Source: Octopus vulgaris
Taxonomy: Eukaryota
Direction of reading: 5' to 3'
Assembly (NCBI GenBank): GCA_951406725.2
Contig: OX597830.1
Location: 50,034,001 to 50,098,000 of the forward strand
Length of the DNA stretch: 64,000 nucleotides
Position numbers and translations under genes: made by a program. The notes beneath the pieces are model-generated. The model had not been told where the DNA came from. It did no database searches and saw only the letters and a program-made list of their open reading frames with translations. Shown piece by piece: positions 38,962-52,254 of the stretch. Numbering within the stretch: the stretch's first letter is position 1; every line of letters starts with the position of its first letter.

Positions 38962-39647
38962 ATATGCCTATGTGTCTTTATGCTTGTATTTGTTCCCTAC
39001 AACCAATTGACAATCAGTGCAGCTTTTGTTTACATCCTGGGACTTAATGGCACAGCAGATGAGACCCATAGAATAAATACTGGTGTTGATTTGTCCAACT
39101 GAACACTTCGAAGCAGTGCACCAGCATGGCTGCTGTCCAGTTATTGGAATGAGTAAAAGATAAAAGACAAATATATAGAGTAGTTGTGGCTGTTGCCAGT
39201 GTCAAGTAAACGACACCTGTAGAATTGTGGTTATGGCTGTTGTTGGTGTCATGTAAATGGCACCTGTGTTGGCGGCTTCTAAAAAGCACCCATTACACTC
39301 TCAGAGTGGTTGACATTAGGAAGGGCATCCAACCGTAGAAACCATGCCAAATCAGAATGGAACTTGGTGTAGCCCTCAAGATTGCCAGTTTGAGTTAAAC
39401 CATCTAACACATACCAGCATGGAAGTGGACGTTAAATGATGATTGATAATCTATCTATCTATATCATCATCATCATCATCATTTAACGTCTGCTTTCCAT
39501 GCTGGCATGGGATGGACGGTTTGACTAAGGACTGGCGAGCCAGATGGCTGCACCAGGCTCCATTCTGATTTGGCAGAATTTCTACAGCTGGATGCCCTTC
39601 ATAATGTCAACCACTCCGAGAGTGTAGAGGGTGCTTTTACATGCTAC

Positions 39648-39937
39648 CGGCAAAGTCAACCTCGGCGGAATTTGGACTCAGAACGTAGCTGCAGACGAAA
39701 TACCTATTTCTTTACTACCCACAAGGGGCTACACACAGAGGGGACAAACAAGGACAGACAAATGGGTTAAGTCGATTATATCAACCCCAGTGCATAACTG
39801 GTACTTATTTAATCGACCCTGAAAAGATGAAACGCAAAGTCGACCTCAGCGGAATTTGAACTCAGAACGTAACGGCAGAAGAAATACTGCTAAGCATTTC
39901 GTCCGGCATGCTAATGTTTCTGCCAGCTCACCGCCTT
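39648..39937 (-). mobile_element. Family B SINE plus a partial second unit
   Basis: Junction agacgaaata|cctatttcttt near 39702. Confidence 0.85.
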
Positions 39938-40551
39938 GGGAAAAAAGATTCTTACCACACAGCCATGTCTGTATGTATACATACCTGCTTTACTTATGTG
40001 TTTTTATGACAGTATCTACAATGGATGTGTGTGTGTGTGTGTGCCATGTTTAGCAATGACTAGAGATAACATCCCCCTAAACACCATACATATACACACA
40101 GCAATAACCAACAACAACCACCACTCCACCCATACCCATCCATAAGAAATAAATATATTCGAGTCTTAGCAACCACCAGTACCGTTCCTGTTGTTGTTGT
40201 TGTTGTTGTTGTTGCTGTTGTTGCTGTGTGTGTTTTCGTTCCATCTCTGACCAATTTACCATTCCACGAACAATAAACTTTACAGTTGACATTGCCAGAA
40301 TTCACCTTCAATAGATTTAAATAATAAAAAAAAAAACTGGAAAGTTATTCCTGCGGTTGTCAAATTGTCAGATGTGCTCCAGCTATGTTTTTAAACTTGC
40401 TCTTTGTCAGAGGTCAACCGACATGTTGGCTGTGGTGGGAGAGCTTTCTGGTGTGTGCTTAATACAAACATATATACATACATACATATACATGTATATA
40501 CCTATATACATATATATATATATGTATATACATATATATATATGTATATAC

Positions 40552-40582
<31 letters not shown>

Positions 40583-40718
40583 TAAAAATATATATATAGA
40601 TATATATATAAATATATATATAATTATGTCCTACCCATGGTAGCATGGAAAGCTGACAGTAAATGATGAAGATATCTATCTATCTATCTATCTATCTATC
40701 TCTCTCTCTCTCTCTCTA

Positions 40719-40769
<51 letters not shown>

Positions 40770-40908
40770 TACATATATGCATATACATATATGTGTGCGC
40801 ATGCATATATGTATATGTGAGTATATAGTGTGTGTGTGTGTATACATATGTATGTATTTAGGTATATATGCATACATATATATGTGCACATATATATATA
40901 TATATGTG

Positions 40909-40963
<55 letters not shown>

Positions 40964-41076
40964 GGAGAGAGAGGTACAAACATACATACATATTTATTTA
41001 TATATATATATTAGATAGATAGATAGATGGATAATTAGATAGATAGACAGATAGATAGACAGATACTTATGTATGC

Positions 41077-41150
<74 letters not shown>

Positions 41151-41719
41151 TCCTTGGCAGCTGCTGGTTGATTCTATTGATTCCTCAGTCGCTCTCCCTC
41201 GACTGCATCTCTTCAGGCTGACAAAAGCATAAATTTGGTGTTTTTGTCATCTGAGCGAATGCACCCAGGCAAGAATATTTCCTCAACCAATAAACTCTAC
41301 GAAATGAATTGAGTACTTTTTCTCCTGCTCTTACACCCGTAGATTGTGTGTGTGTGTGTATATGCATGTATGTGTGTGTGTGTGTATGTGTGTGTATGTG
41401 TGTGTATGTCAGTGCTGTGTTTGCGGGTGCATGTATCTGCTAAGATGGTTTGGTGTTTGTGAATAAAGATTCCTGAAGAATCCATCTGCTGTTGTCAAGC
41501 GCCAGCTCACTGGTGACTGAAGAGAACAATACTATACAGATAGATACTATACAGGCATAGGAGTGGCTGTGTGGTAAGTAGCTTGCTTACAAACCACATG
41601 GTTCCAGGTTCAGTCCCACTGCGTGGCACCTTGATCAAATGTCTTCTACTATAGCCTCGGGCTGACCAAAGCCTTGTGAGTGAATATGGTAGACGGAGAC
41701 TGAAAGAAGCCCCTCGTAT

Positions 41720-41798
<79 letters not shown>

Positions 41799-43398
41799 TG
41801 TATTTGTGTTTGTCCCCCCAACATCGCTTGACAACCAATGCTGGTGTGCTTACGTCCCTGTAACTTAGCGGTTCGGCAAAATAGACCGATAGAATAAATA
41901 CTAGGCTTACAAAGAATAAGTCCTGGGGTCAATTCATTCGACTAAAGGCGGTGCTCCAGTATGGCTACAGTCAAATGGCTGAAACAAGTAAAAAAGCAAA
42001 GTGTAAAGACTTCCACTGCACAAGGGATCTTCCCCTGGGTTTTGCAGTGCAGTTATTTTGCACTCTTTGAAATTGTAATGTGTTTTCACACACACACGTG
42101 TGTGTGTTGGTGTGAAAGACTCCAAGACAACTTTTAGGAGAGGCGTTGGATAGGTCATTACAATATTAAAGCCTTCCTGAAAAGCACTGATTGTAGATGT
42201 GAAATAGTTACTGTCTGGGAGATCTTTATGGGAGCAGAAAAGGCATTTAAACTCCAATTTCTAAATTTGGTGCATGGCGAAGCAATTAGCTGATCCCTGA
42301 TTATAAGTAAGCGCATTGTGACCAGTGACGTGTAGCAACATCTGATAGTCTGGTCGGTCACGGTGATCACAGTGATATATATAGTCGTCACCGATGCCAG
42401 TGTCACGTAACTGGCCTGTTAAATGTACCCTTCAATCATTGTGAAGACCTGTTGAGCCAGTGAAATCATAGTTGTGGCCCACATGCAGGTGGCACATAAA
42501 AACCCCTACTTCACTTCAGGAGTGGTTGACATTAGGAAAGACATCCATCTGTAGAAACGTTGCCAAATCAGAATGACCAGTTTTCAGTCAAACCATTTGA
42601 TCCATGCAAGCATGGAAAGTAGACATATGATGATGATGATGATGATACACATATATATCCGTGACCGACCAGGCTATCAGATGTTGCTACAAATTGCTGG
42701 TCACAATGCGCTTCACATTGTTTTAGCCTTCAAATGACGCCACCCCGCTGGTTAAGCGAGCAGGCCAACAGAAGAAAGAGTGAGAGAAAGTTGTGGTGAA
42801 AGAGTACAGCAAGGATCGCCCCCACTACCGGAGCCTCGTGGAGCTTTAGGTGTTTTCACTCAATAAACACTCACAATGCCCAGTCTGGGAATCGAAACTT
42901 GCGAACCTATGACAGCGAGTCTGCTGCCCTAACCACTGGGCCATTGCGCATCCACACATACATATTATATATATATATATAACTTCCTTTGTGTCACTGT
43001 TTCACCATCTGGCTAACCAGTCCTCAGTCAAACCGTCCAACCCATGCCAGCATGGAAAGCAGACATTAAATGATGATGATGATGAAGATGATGATGATGA
43101 TATATATCAATTGGATTCTTCAGTAATAGTGGAGGTAACAATTGTGTTGATGATTAAGGTGGAGATTGATATTAATGAGAAAGTAGGGTGGTGGTGGTGG
43201 TGGTGGTGGTGGTGGTGATGATGATGTGGCACAAGTGCCATGAGCAAATTTATGCCAAAGCTATGCTGGAATTATTAGAAAACAAATTGTGTGAGTGACT
43301 GTGTGTGTGTGCGTGTGAGAGAGAGAGAGAGAGAAGACAAAGAGAAAAGTGAAAAGGATCAACAGAGAGAGTGATGAAGAGAGAGAAGACATATGAGA

Positions 43399-43430
<32 letters not shown>

Positions 43431-44041
43431 TTAGAGAGAGAGAGAGAGAGTTAGAGAGAGAGAGAGAAAGAGAGAAGGAAACAGTGAAAAATGATCAACA
43501 GAGAGAAAGAGAGAGAGAAATGAATAGGAGAGGGAAGAGAAAAAAAAAGAAAGAATAGACAAAGTGAAATAAATGAAAAGATGGAGGTAGTGGGGGAAAA
43601 GCGAGAGGAGAGATGTTATAAAATTATGAGATAACCATAACTGCAATAACAACAACAACAACAACAACAGCTTTGATATTAGGTGAAAGACTTAAAATGA
43701 AGACGGGAATATAAAAACAAGGTGTGTGAAATACATCATAGCGACACCTCGTTGTTGATGGTGGTTTAACGAAGATGTGTGTCTGTGTGCGCGTGTGCGC
43801 GTGTGTGTGTGCATAAAGCCTCGGCGGTTTTAACGATGGTTTAACTACCATCGTATGCGTAACCATCATCATCGTCATCATCATCATCGTCGTTGTTGTT
43901 GCTGATAAAAACAAATATCGTTATCATCAATGGAGTATCATCACCGTCATCATTATTCTGATTTAATCCTCATCGTTTCGAGTATCATCATTAATAAAAC
44001 GAGTGGAACAGCAGTGTCATAAAACCGTCATCATCATTCCC

Positions 44042-45016
44042 AAGAAGAAGAAGAAGAAGAAGAAGAAAGGACAGGAGAAGGAGAAGAAGAAGAAGAAGAG
44101 GAAGCAGAAGAAGGAGAAGAAGAGGAGGGAGAAGAAGAAGAAGTAGAAGAGGAGGAAGAAGGAGAAGAAGAAGAAGAAGAAGAAGAAGAAGAAGAAGAAG
44201 AGGAGGGAGAAGAAGAAGAAGAAGAGGAGGAAGTAAGGAGAAGAAGAAGAAGAAGAAGAAGAAGAAGAAGAAAGGACAGGAGAAGGAGAAGAAGAAGAAG
44301 AAGAGGAAGCAGAAGAAGGAGAAGAAGAGGAGGGAGAAGAAGAAGAAGAAGAAGAAGAAAGGACAGGAGAAGGAGAAGAAGAAGAAGAAGAGGAAGCAGA
44401 AGAAGGAGAAGAAGAGGAGGGAGAAGAAGAAGAAGAAGAAGAAAGGACAGGAGAAGGAGAAGAAGAAGAAGAAGAGGAAGCAGAAGAAGGAGAAGAAGAG
44501 GAGGGAGAAGAAGAAGAAGAAGAAGAAAGGACAGGAGAAGGAGAAGGAGAAGAAGAAGAGGAAGCAGAAGAAGGAGAAGAAGAGGAGGGAGAAGAAGAAG
44601 AAGAAGAAGAGGAGGAAGAAGGAGAAGAAGAAGAAGAAGAAGAAGGAGAAGAAGAAGAAGAAGAAGAAGAAGAAGAAGAAGGAGAAGAAGAAAGGACAGG
44701 AGAAGGAGAAGAAGAAGAAGAGGAAGAAGAAGAAGGAGAAGAAGAGGAGGGAGAAGAAGAAGAAGAAGAAGAAGAAGAAAGGACAGGAGAAGGAGAAGAA
44801 GAAGAAGGAGAAGAAGAGGAGGGAGAAGAAGAAGAAGAAGGAGAAGAGGAGGAAAGAAGGAGAAGAAGAAGAAGAAGAAGAAGAAGAGGAGGGAGAAGAA
44901 GAAGAAGAAGAGGAGGAAGTAAGGAGAAGAAGAAGAAGAAGAGGAGGAAGTAAGGAGAAGAAGAAGAAGAAGAAGAAGAGGAGGAAGAAGGAGAAGAAAA
45001 AGGAGAAGAAGAAGAT

Positions 45017-45047
<31 letters not shown>

Positions 45048-45088
45048 AAGAAGAAGAAGAAGAAGAAGGAGAAGAAGAAGAAGAAGAA

Positions 45089-45119
<31 letters not shown>

Positions 45120-45155
45120 GAGAAGAAGATTAAGAAGAAGAAGAAGAAGAAAAAG
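44042..45155. repeat. 1.1-kb polypurine (GAA/GGA)n tract with higher-order units
   Basis: Almost pure purine on the + strand, with a recurrent aaaggacaggagaaggagaagaag...gaggaagcag...gaggagggag block. Confidence 0.97.
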
Positions 45156-45739
45156 ACGGCCACCGCTACCACCACCATCGATCTTCTACTCCACATTTTA
45201 AAACTAACTTCAAACCCCGCTGACTGTATTTTCATTAACTTAGTTTCTATAAATTACGATTTACAGACCCCACAATAATGAATAGGGACTACCTTCTGGC
45301 TGGTTTTAGAGCCTTGCTGTTTGGAGAGAGGCATACTATTTAGTTACGGGTTCAACTCCCCCATACAGTGATAGAAGGGGTTCCATTTGTTGTTTGTGAA
45401 CATTGACAGCAGGTGAGCTGAGAGATGGTGGGGGGTATGAGTGATAAGGTGGACTTATTGGAATGGGGGAGATCGCTGGGGGAGAGACAGAGGGCACAAA
45501 TAATGAGGCTGGGAGGGGGCAAGAATAATGGTGATGGTAAGGGGGGGAGGTGTATGGAGAGGTATGAGTAATAGAGGGATAACTGAAATGAACGGGGAAG
45601 AGGAATGCGGGCCAGGTGATCATCAGGCGTATAAGAGGAATGTGAAGAGAGACAGCAAATATAGGCTGGGAAGGACACACACACACACACACCTCAACTT
45701 TTATCCCAACTCTCATTTCAACATGCTTCTCTGTCGGTG

Positions 45740-46300
45740 GTCAGGTCTTCTGCAGCACTGTGTATCATCAATGAAGATGATCCTTTGACTCCTCTGTGAG
45801 AAGACGCTGCATCTCACAGATGCAACATCATCAGGTTAGCCTTCGCCACCTTGTCCAAAGTCTTTCTCCATCTTCTTCGTCTGCAGCAATCAGCTTCCAT
45901 ATGCATCACAAGTCCATACCGAAACAGTGTTCTCTCTTGTACACTACATCTGATTCCCTTTATAACCAAAATTTCTCTCAGCTTATTTGTACTCTGATGT
46001 TCATGTACACAAACATTACACATCCACTGAAGCATGTCTGCCTCATTTCTTTGTAGTTTTCAAAACTTCTCTACATTCATTCAAAACCCTTATCTCACTG
46101 CCATGCAACTTGGCATTTCTAACACAAGCATCATACAATCGGCCCTTAACTCTGAAAGAGAAGACTTTCTTTTGGCCAACAGAAGCAACAGTTCCCTGAA
46201 CTTTTTACTGCATGTTCTTACTTTGGCTACTCTACTTTCAGAGCTACAACATCCCCCTACTAATTTTGTTTCCTTGGTAACAAAAGGTATCAGCTACTTC
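45740..46300 (-). mobile_element. RTE-clade LINE 3' remnant
   Basis: MLQWMCNVCVHEHQSTNKLREILVIKGIRCSVQERTLFRYGLVMHME...KTLDKVAKANL. Confidence 0.75.
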
Positions 46301-49077
46301 TAGTGAGATACCCAGTCATCTAAGAGAAACAATTTCTGGAATGCTGTTTGATGCTTATTGCTCAAGTGCATCTACTTAGAGGTAGAATATTTTGGCTTGA
46401 TAGAACTGGTTTAAATTCTAAAGGATTAAACGATTCTCACAAGACATAGGTCTGCACCTAGTTTTCTTCGTAACTACCGAATTACTAAGAGTGGCTTTCT
46501 GTGAAAGATCTCTAAGTCAATGAATCTTAGGTATAGTGGCTGACTCTTAGCTAAGTACTTTGTTGCCTGCAATTGTTCAATTAGGAAGATGTCACCTGTG
46601 GTATCTCTACCAGGTACTATGTTAGCTGAACTGCATCTCATGACGGCTAATTCGGTCCCTGACCGTTTGTGCTTTGAATCATTCTTTGATCATCAGAACC
46701 TGGTTTAGTAATTTAAATCTTCTTCAGTTCCTTGTAGCACTTTATAGAGATACTCCTATATCAGTCATTAATTATGACACTTTCCTAAATTATGTAATTA
46801 ATTATATATATATATATATGTGTATGTGTGTGTGTTTGTGTGTCTGTGTTTGTCCCCCTAGCATTGCTTGACAACTGATGCTAGTGTGTTTACGTCCCCG
46901 TCACTTAGCGGTTTGGCAAAAGAGAACGATAGAATAAGTACTGAGCTTACAAAGAATAAGTCCCGGGGTCGATTTGCTCCACTAAAGGCGGTACTCCAGC
47001 ATGGCCACAGTCAAATGACTGAAACAAGTAAAAGAGTAAAAGAGTAACTATTTGGATGATTAGCATGTAACCTACGTTGCCAGATATCCTGGGTATCTCA
47101 CTGACTATTCTTCATGGACCAGCAGTTCTTCAATATATCTATATCTTTTATTTCTCTATCTGCTCTACCATACAAACACAAAACTAAGTGCCATACAGCA
47201 GTATTGAACTTGAGACTATAAGATCACATACTGAACATATTACCTACCCAGCTACAAAAAATATGCTATCAAATATGGCAAAGTTGATCATTTTGATCCA
47301 ATAAGTGGAATGGTTAAATAAAATAAGATTCTTACTTTTTTTACCCCATTTAATAAACTACTTTTTTTAAAGAATTTTTCTGATCTTTTATTTACCAATT
47401 CTCCACTAAAATATCTTCTGTGAACTCTCATTATTTTTTCTTTCTTCTTCAAAATATTACTTTCTTCCTTTGATTTCTGCCGTAGCTCACAGTAAATTGA
47501 TCAGTCAAAAAAACATAGTAAGTTATTAAGCTATTTTCGAACTAATTATTTTCAAAATTAAACACAGATGTCTTCCCAGCTGCACCACACCCTATCATCA
47601 CCGATTCCTTTTACTTGAAATTCAGACCTATTTTCGCTCCGTTCCATTCCATCACCACCCACTACAAGGAACTTTTTGGCAAAGACAAAAGTTTCATACA
47701 ACATACAATGCAAATATATAATTATATAAACCCGCATATATACACATGTATGTGTGTGTAAGATGTATATGCATACATATATAGGTACACATACAAGTGT
47801 GTGTATACATGTACATATATGTATGTGTGTATGTATGTATGTATGTATGTATTTATGCATGTATGTATTTATGTATGTATATATTTATGTATGTATGTAT
47901 GTATACTCCTATATGTGCAAGCACGTGTATAAGTGTGTACACAAAACACACCTATACATTACTTGGTACTAAAACTCTATGTAAATATATACACCTATAT
48001 ACATGTATACATTGTGTATGTGTGTACATAAAATACAGACTTAATAATAAATACTTAAAAAAACAGTAACTCTATTACAGCAACAAAGAATTTTCAATGA
48101 ATCATTTCAAAACGGAATAATGGATGTCAGGAAAAAAAAGGTAAGCATTTCTTTTACCAACAAAGAATTTTTTTTTGTTTTTCAGGTATAATTTGTTGGA
48201 AAAAAAAAATGAAAACTAAATAAATATTGATATATACACTCTTTAAATTTATTTCTGAGCTCATTAAGGTAGTATGTAGCATACTGCCACATTATGTTTT
48301 ACCATTATTGGTGGTGGTAGAGGGGTGGAGTGGCACAGTGGTATGGTGGAGTGGTGTTACATGATGTGTTACCATTTATTATGCTACTAGAATGGTGGAA
48401 GAGTAGTAAAGCATCAGAGGGTGTCCAAAATTCTCTATGGTCTGTGCTCAAATTTTACCACGGTAATTTTGCTTTCAGTTCATTGTGGAGAAGCAGTGCC
48501 ATTTCAAAGAATCAGATGAGACATTTTGGTATATCTGTTGTGGTTCTCTGTCTTCTGGGATTTACATCGATGACAACACTGGCACTAAACTGTACCAGTG
48601 CTTACTAGTCTTTTAGACAGCAACAATGATGTGCAAGAGGGACACTATTAGTTTTTATAAACACCTTTATTTAGGTTAGCACTTGTGACAGGAACAGTCT
48701 AGAGCAGATCTATTGGGATAAGAACGCATTGTGTCCAAATCCCAGTAAATCCCATAGGAACAGTCTACAGTAGATCTGTGACTATTACAAGACATGCAGA
48801 GGTATAGGTGGATAAAAGGTGGCGAGCTGGCAGAAACGTTAGCACGCCAGGCAAAATGCTTAGCGGTATTTCGTCTGCCGTTACGTTGTGAGTTCGAATT
48901 CCGTCGAGGTCGACTTTGCCTTTCATCCTTTCTGGGTCGATTAAACAAGTACCAGTTATGCACTGGGGTCGATATAATCGACTTAATCCGTCTGTCTGTC
49001 CTTGTTTGTCTCCTCTGTGTTTAGCCCCTTGTGGGTAGTAAAGAAATAGGTATAGGAGGATAAAGGGTGGCAGATTG

Positions 49078-49712
49078 TCAATTTCTTTATTAACTATGAG
49101 GTTGAGAAAAAGAGGGGACGATATGAGAACAGACAAAAGAAACATTGGGGTCAGAGTATCGAATGAGACAAAGCAAACAAACAATTAAAATATATACAAT
49201 TAAATGAGAATGAGTGATTTACAAAACATGAAGTGGAGGACGCTGTTGACCCCACAAACCACATACTCACACTGAAGACTTTGCTTTGTCCTTTTTATAT
49301 TCTCGATTAGACAGGTTCTTTCACTCGCAACATACTTGCTATAGACTTCCATCTTTTATGAAACACGCTTTGTGACAGGCATTTCTTCTCCAGCCTTATT
49401 TTCCGCTTCATGTGGAAAACGAAAAAGTTGATTAGCTCGAGACTGGAGATGAACATGCCTGTTCCTTTCACACTCGTCTTCCATACTACCTCTTTCACAA
49501 CAGCAATTACCGAGAGAAAACAGGCTTGCTCCTCCCTATTCAGGGAGGTCGTCGGAACAATCTTAATTACAGATTCGCTCGACAGTTGTACTCTTCTCGA
49601 ATGCGACAGCAGGTGTTCGACATAAGCCCAGAGTTCAGTCACCTTGGGGCATTGCACAATTGCGTGCAGGACAGTTTCACTGTCCTACTCGCATCTTGCA
49701 CAAACCAGTGAA
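49078..49712 (-). mobile_element. L1/Tx1-like LINE 3' end (zinc-knuckle C-terminus plus 3'UTR)
   Basis: CARCE*DSETVLHAIVQCPKVTELWAYVE... is the CxxC-ET..H....C motif. The ORF ends at 49307 and the UTR ends aataaagaaat. Confidence 0.85.
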
Positions 49713-50174
49713 GGCGCTTGTCAGAGTCATAAGTGGGATGGACAATATATCGGGATAAGACACATTCTGGGTTCAAATCTCAGTAAATCGCATTTCTAAA
49801 CTTCTACCATACTGAGGTTGGTAAAAGAAGAGCCAATCTTCTACAAGTGTTGACTAAATAACAATATTTCTTAGGCTCATATTACATGTCCCAAATATTG
49901 AAGGAAGTGAATGGGAGCAGCAGTTAAAATGCCATGTGGTATTGAATTACATTTATCAGCACCTTCTTCTTTCTCTTCCAACTGGGACAACCCTATATCT
50001 CCTCTACAGAAACACACCTGCCCATGTCCCTCTATGAAACTCTATGGTCAGCACAGATGTGGCAGAACCGTTAACATACTGGGCAAAATGCTCAGCAGTA
50101 TTTCATCCACCTTTACGTCCACTAACATCATCCCCTTAACAATTTTCTGTCTGAATAACAAACCATTATTATTA

Positions 50175-50217
<43 letters not shown>

Positions 50218-50719
50218 CATTATCATTCTTCTTCTTCCTCTTCTTCTTCTCTTTCACATTCTCCTTCTTCTCCTCCTTCTCTTTCTTCTTCTTCTTCTTC
50301 TTCTTCTTCTTTTTCTTCTTCTTCTTCTTCTTTTCATTCTTCTTCTTCTTATTATTATTACTATCATTATTGTTGTTGTTGTTGTCCATGCTATTGTTGG
50401 TGCTGTTGCAATTTTGTTTTTTGCCCCTTTTTTTTCTCTATTTACTCATTCTAAGAATTATAATTAGTAAGTAACGAGAAAACAACAGATAATTAACAAA
50501 CGGAATTGATAGGGAAGATGGAAGAAGCAAAACCATGAGAAAAAATAAAGACTTAGTAAACACACACACACACACACAATCATATGCAGATGTATATACA
50601 TACATGCAGTTATATTAGAGACAAATACACACACACACAACTGTGTGTGTATATATATATATATATATTCACACACACACATAATTCTATATAGACATAC
50701 ACACACACAATTATATAGA

Positions 50720-50759
<40 letters not shown>

Positions 50760-51308
50760 CAATTACATTTAGAAGTGTATACACACACACAATTATAAAA
50801 CAACATGTATACACACATGGAATCATTTATAGACACAAAAGAAAATTCTGGGATGAGATGATATTTAATTATGATGAGATGAAAAAAACAATTTAAAGTC
50901 TTTATGAGAGGAGAAAAGAGTCTTTTAATGGAAATGGGAAATGTGAAAAAAAAACAGCATGGAATTGGTGAGGAGACAAGCGAATGGGTGTATATCTAGG
51001 TGGACATGTGTATCTCTACCTGCCTATCTCTAAATGTATGTATGCATGTGTGTGTGTGTGTGTGTATGTATGTGTGTATGTATGTATGTATGTATGTATG
51101 TGTGTACATATGTATGTGTGTATGTATGCACATATATATGTGTGTATGTATGCACATATATATGTGTGTGTACATGTGCATGTGTGTATGCATGAATGTA
51201 TGTATGTATGTATTGAGAGATAAAGAGATAGACAGATTATCTTTACTTGCTGGTCTGTAAATAAGTGAATATCACACACACACACATATATATGTATGTA
51301 TATATGTA

Positions 51309-51358
<50 letters not shown>

Positions 51359-51874
51359 AAGAGAGAGAGAGAAACATGGATACCTGTCTACACATCTCAA
51401 ATTGGAGATGGAAATAAAAAGATCTGAGTTCAAATGCAGCGCACAATTATGACATCCTTTTTACTTTCATTTTTCTATGTTAGCATTGGTTAGACAGGTT
51501 ACAATTAACAAATACTATTCTCAACCCCTTCTTGCAGACCTTCACAACATTTTTTCTACTTGTGGCACACTTATATTCTTTTCAAAATATAACTAAAACT
51601 ATAACTAAAAGTATAGGGAAAGAAACTATATTCAGTTTACACTGCGGCACACTAAGCTTCGTCTCATGGCACACCAGTGGGCTGTGTGGCATACAAGTTG
51701 TGGTGCATTGTCTTAAAACTATGTGACTTTAAATTCTGGATTCAACTTTGTTGCCTTTAATTTCATCACTACCATCATCATCTTTATTATTATAAGATCA
51801 ATCCTTCCCACTTCCATAATATATATATATATATATATATATATCAAAATAAGCAACAAGGATATCCAGAGGTA

Positions 51875-51963
51875 ATGCAGTACGATCGTTTCATGCGACT
51901 TCATTTAATTGAACAATGCAAATATTGCATCAATTTAAAATGTAGAGCTATCTTCAGCTGCAT
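51875..51963 (-). ncRNA. Type I hammerhead ribozyme motif (mirror copy, sense to the myosin pre-mRNA)
   Basis: Same core, stem I and stem III as 52012-52100, on the opposite strand. Confidence 0.75.
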
Positions 51964-52011
51964 AAAAATATACAAATGAATCCTTCGAATTTAACTAAAT
52001 TCTATATTTTT

Positions 52012-52100
52012 ATGCAGCTGAAGATTGCTCCCCATTTTAAATTGATGTAATATTTGCATTGTTCAATTAAATGGAGTCGCATGAAACGATCGTACTGCAT
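52012..52100 (+). ncRNA. Type I hammerhead ribozyme motif
   Basis: atgcag-CUGAAGA-long stem II-GAAA-cgaucg-UA-ctgcat. 6-bp stem I, palindromic stem III, GUA triplet (predicted cut after 52094). Confidence 0.8.
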
Positions 52101-52254
52101 TACCTCTGGATATCCTTGTTGCTTATTTTGATTATAATCACCCCATTTTGAATTATATGGATAATATCATACTAAATTCTGGTGCCTTTAACTTAAGTAA
52201 CATATTCAACTGAATCTAAATTTTACTAAACCTATATATATATATATAAGCATC

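Larger units (their letters stand above)
51843..52232. mobile_element. Fold-back element (130-bp arms, 30-bp spacer, about 100-nt tail) in (TA)n; probably a Penelope-like pLTR inversion
   Basis: 51843-51972 and 52003-52132 are reverse complements with 5 mismatches. Each arm encodes a hammerhead. Confidence 0.85.

Noticed and set aside
43991-45235. 414-aa Phe/Ser/Leu ORF, and the Glu/Lys/Arg ORFs at 54316-54913
   Set aside because: Stop-free only because of GAA/TTC repeats. Only 54870-54964 on the minus strand is coding.
46650-46740. CUGAUGA/CUGAAGA hammerhead-like words on the minus strand (also near 41215)
   Set aside because: No correctly placed GAAA and no convincing stems.
48141-48185. 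Plus-strand 45-nt GT-AG mini-intron suggesting a nested antisense gene
   Set aside because: No flanking ORF or other exons support it, and it is expected by chance in T-rich sequence.
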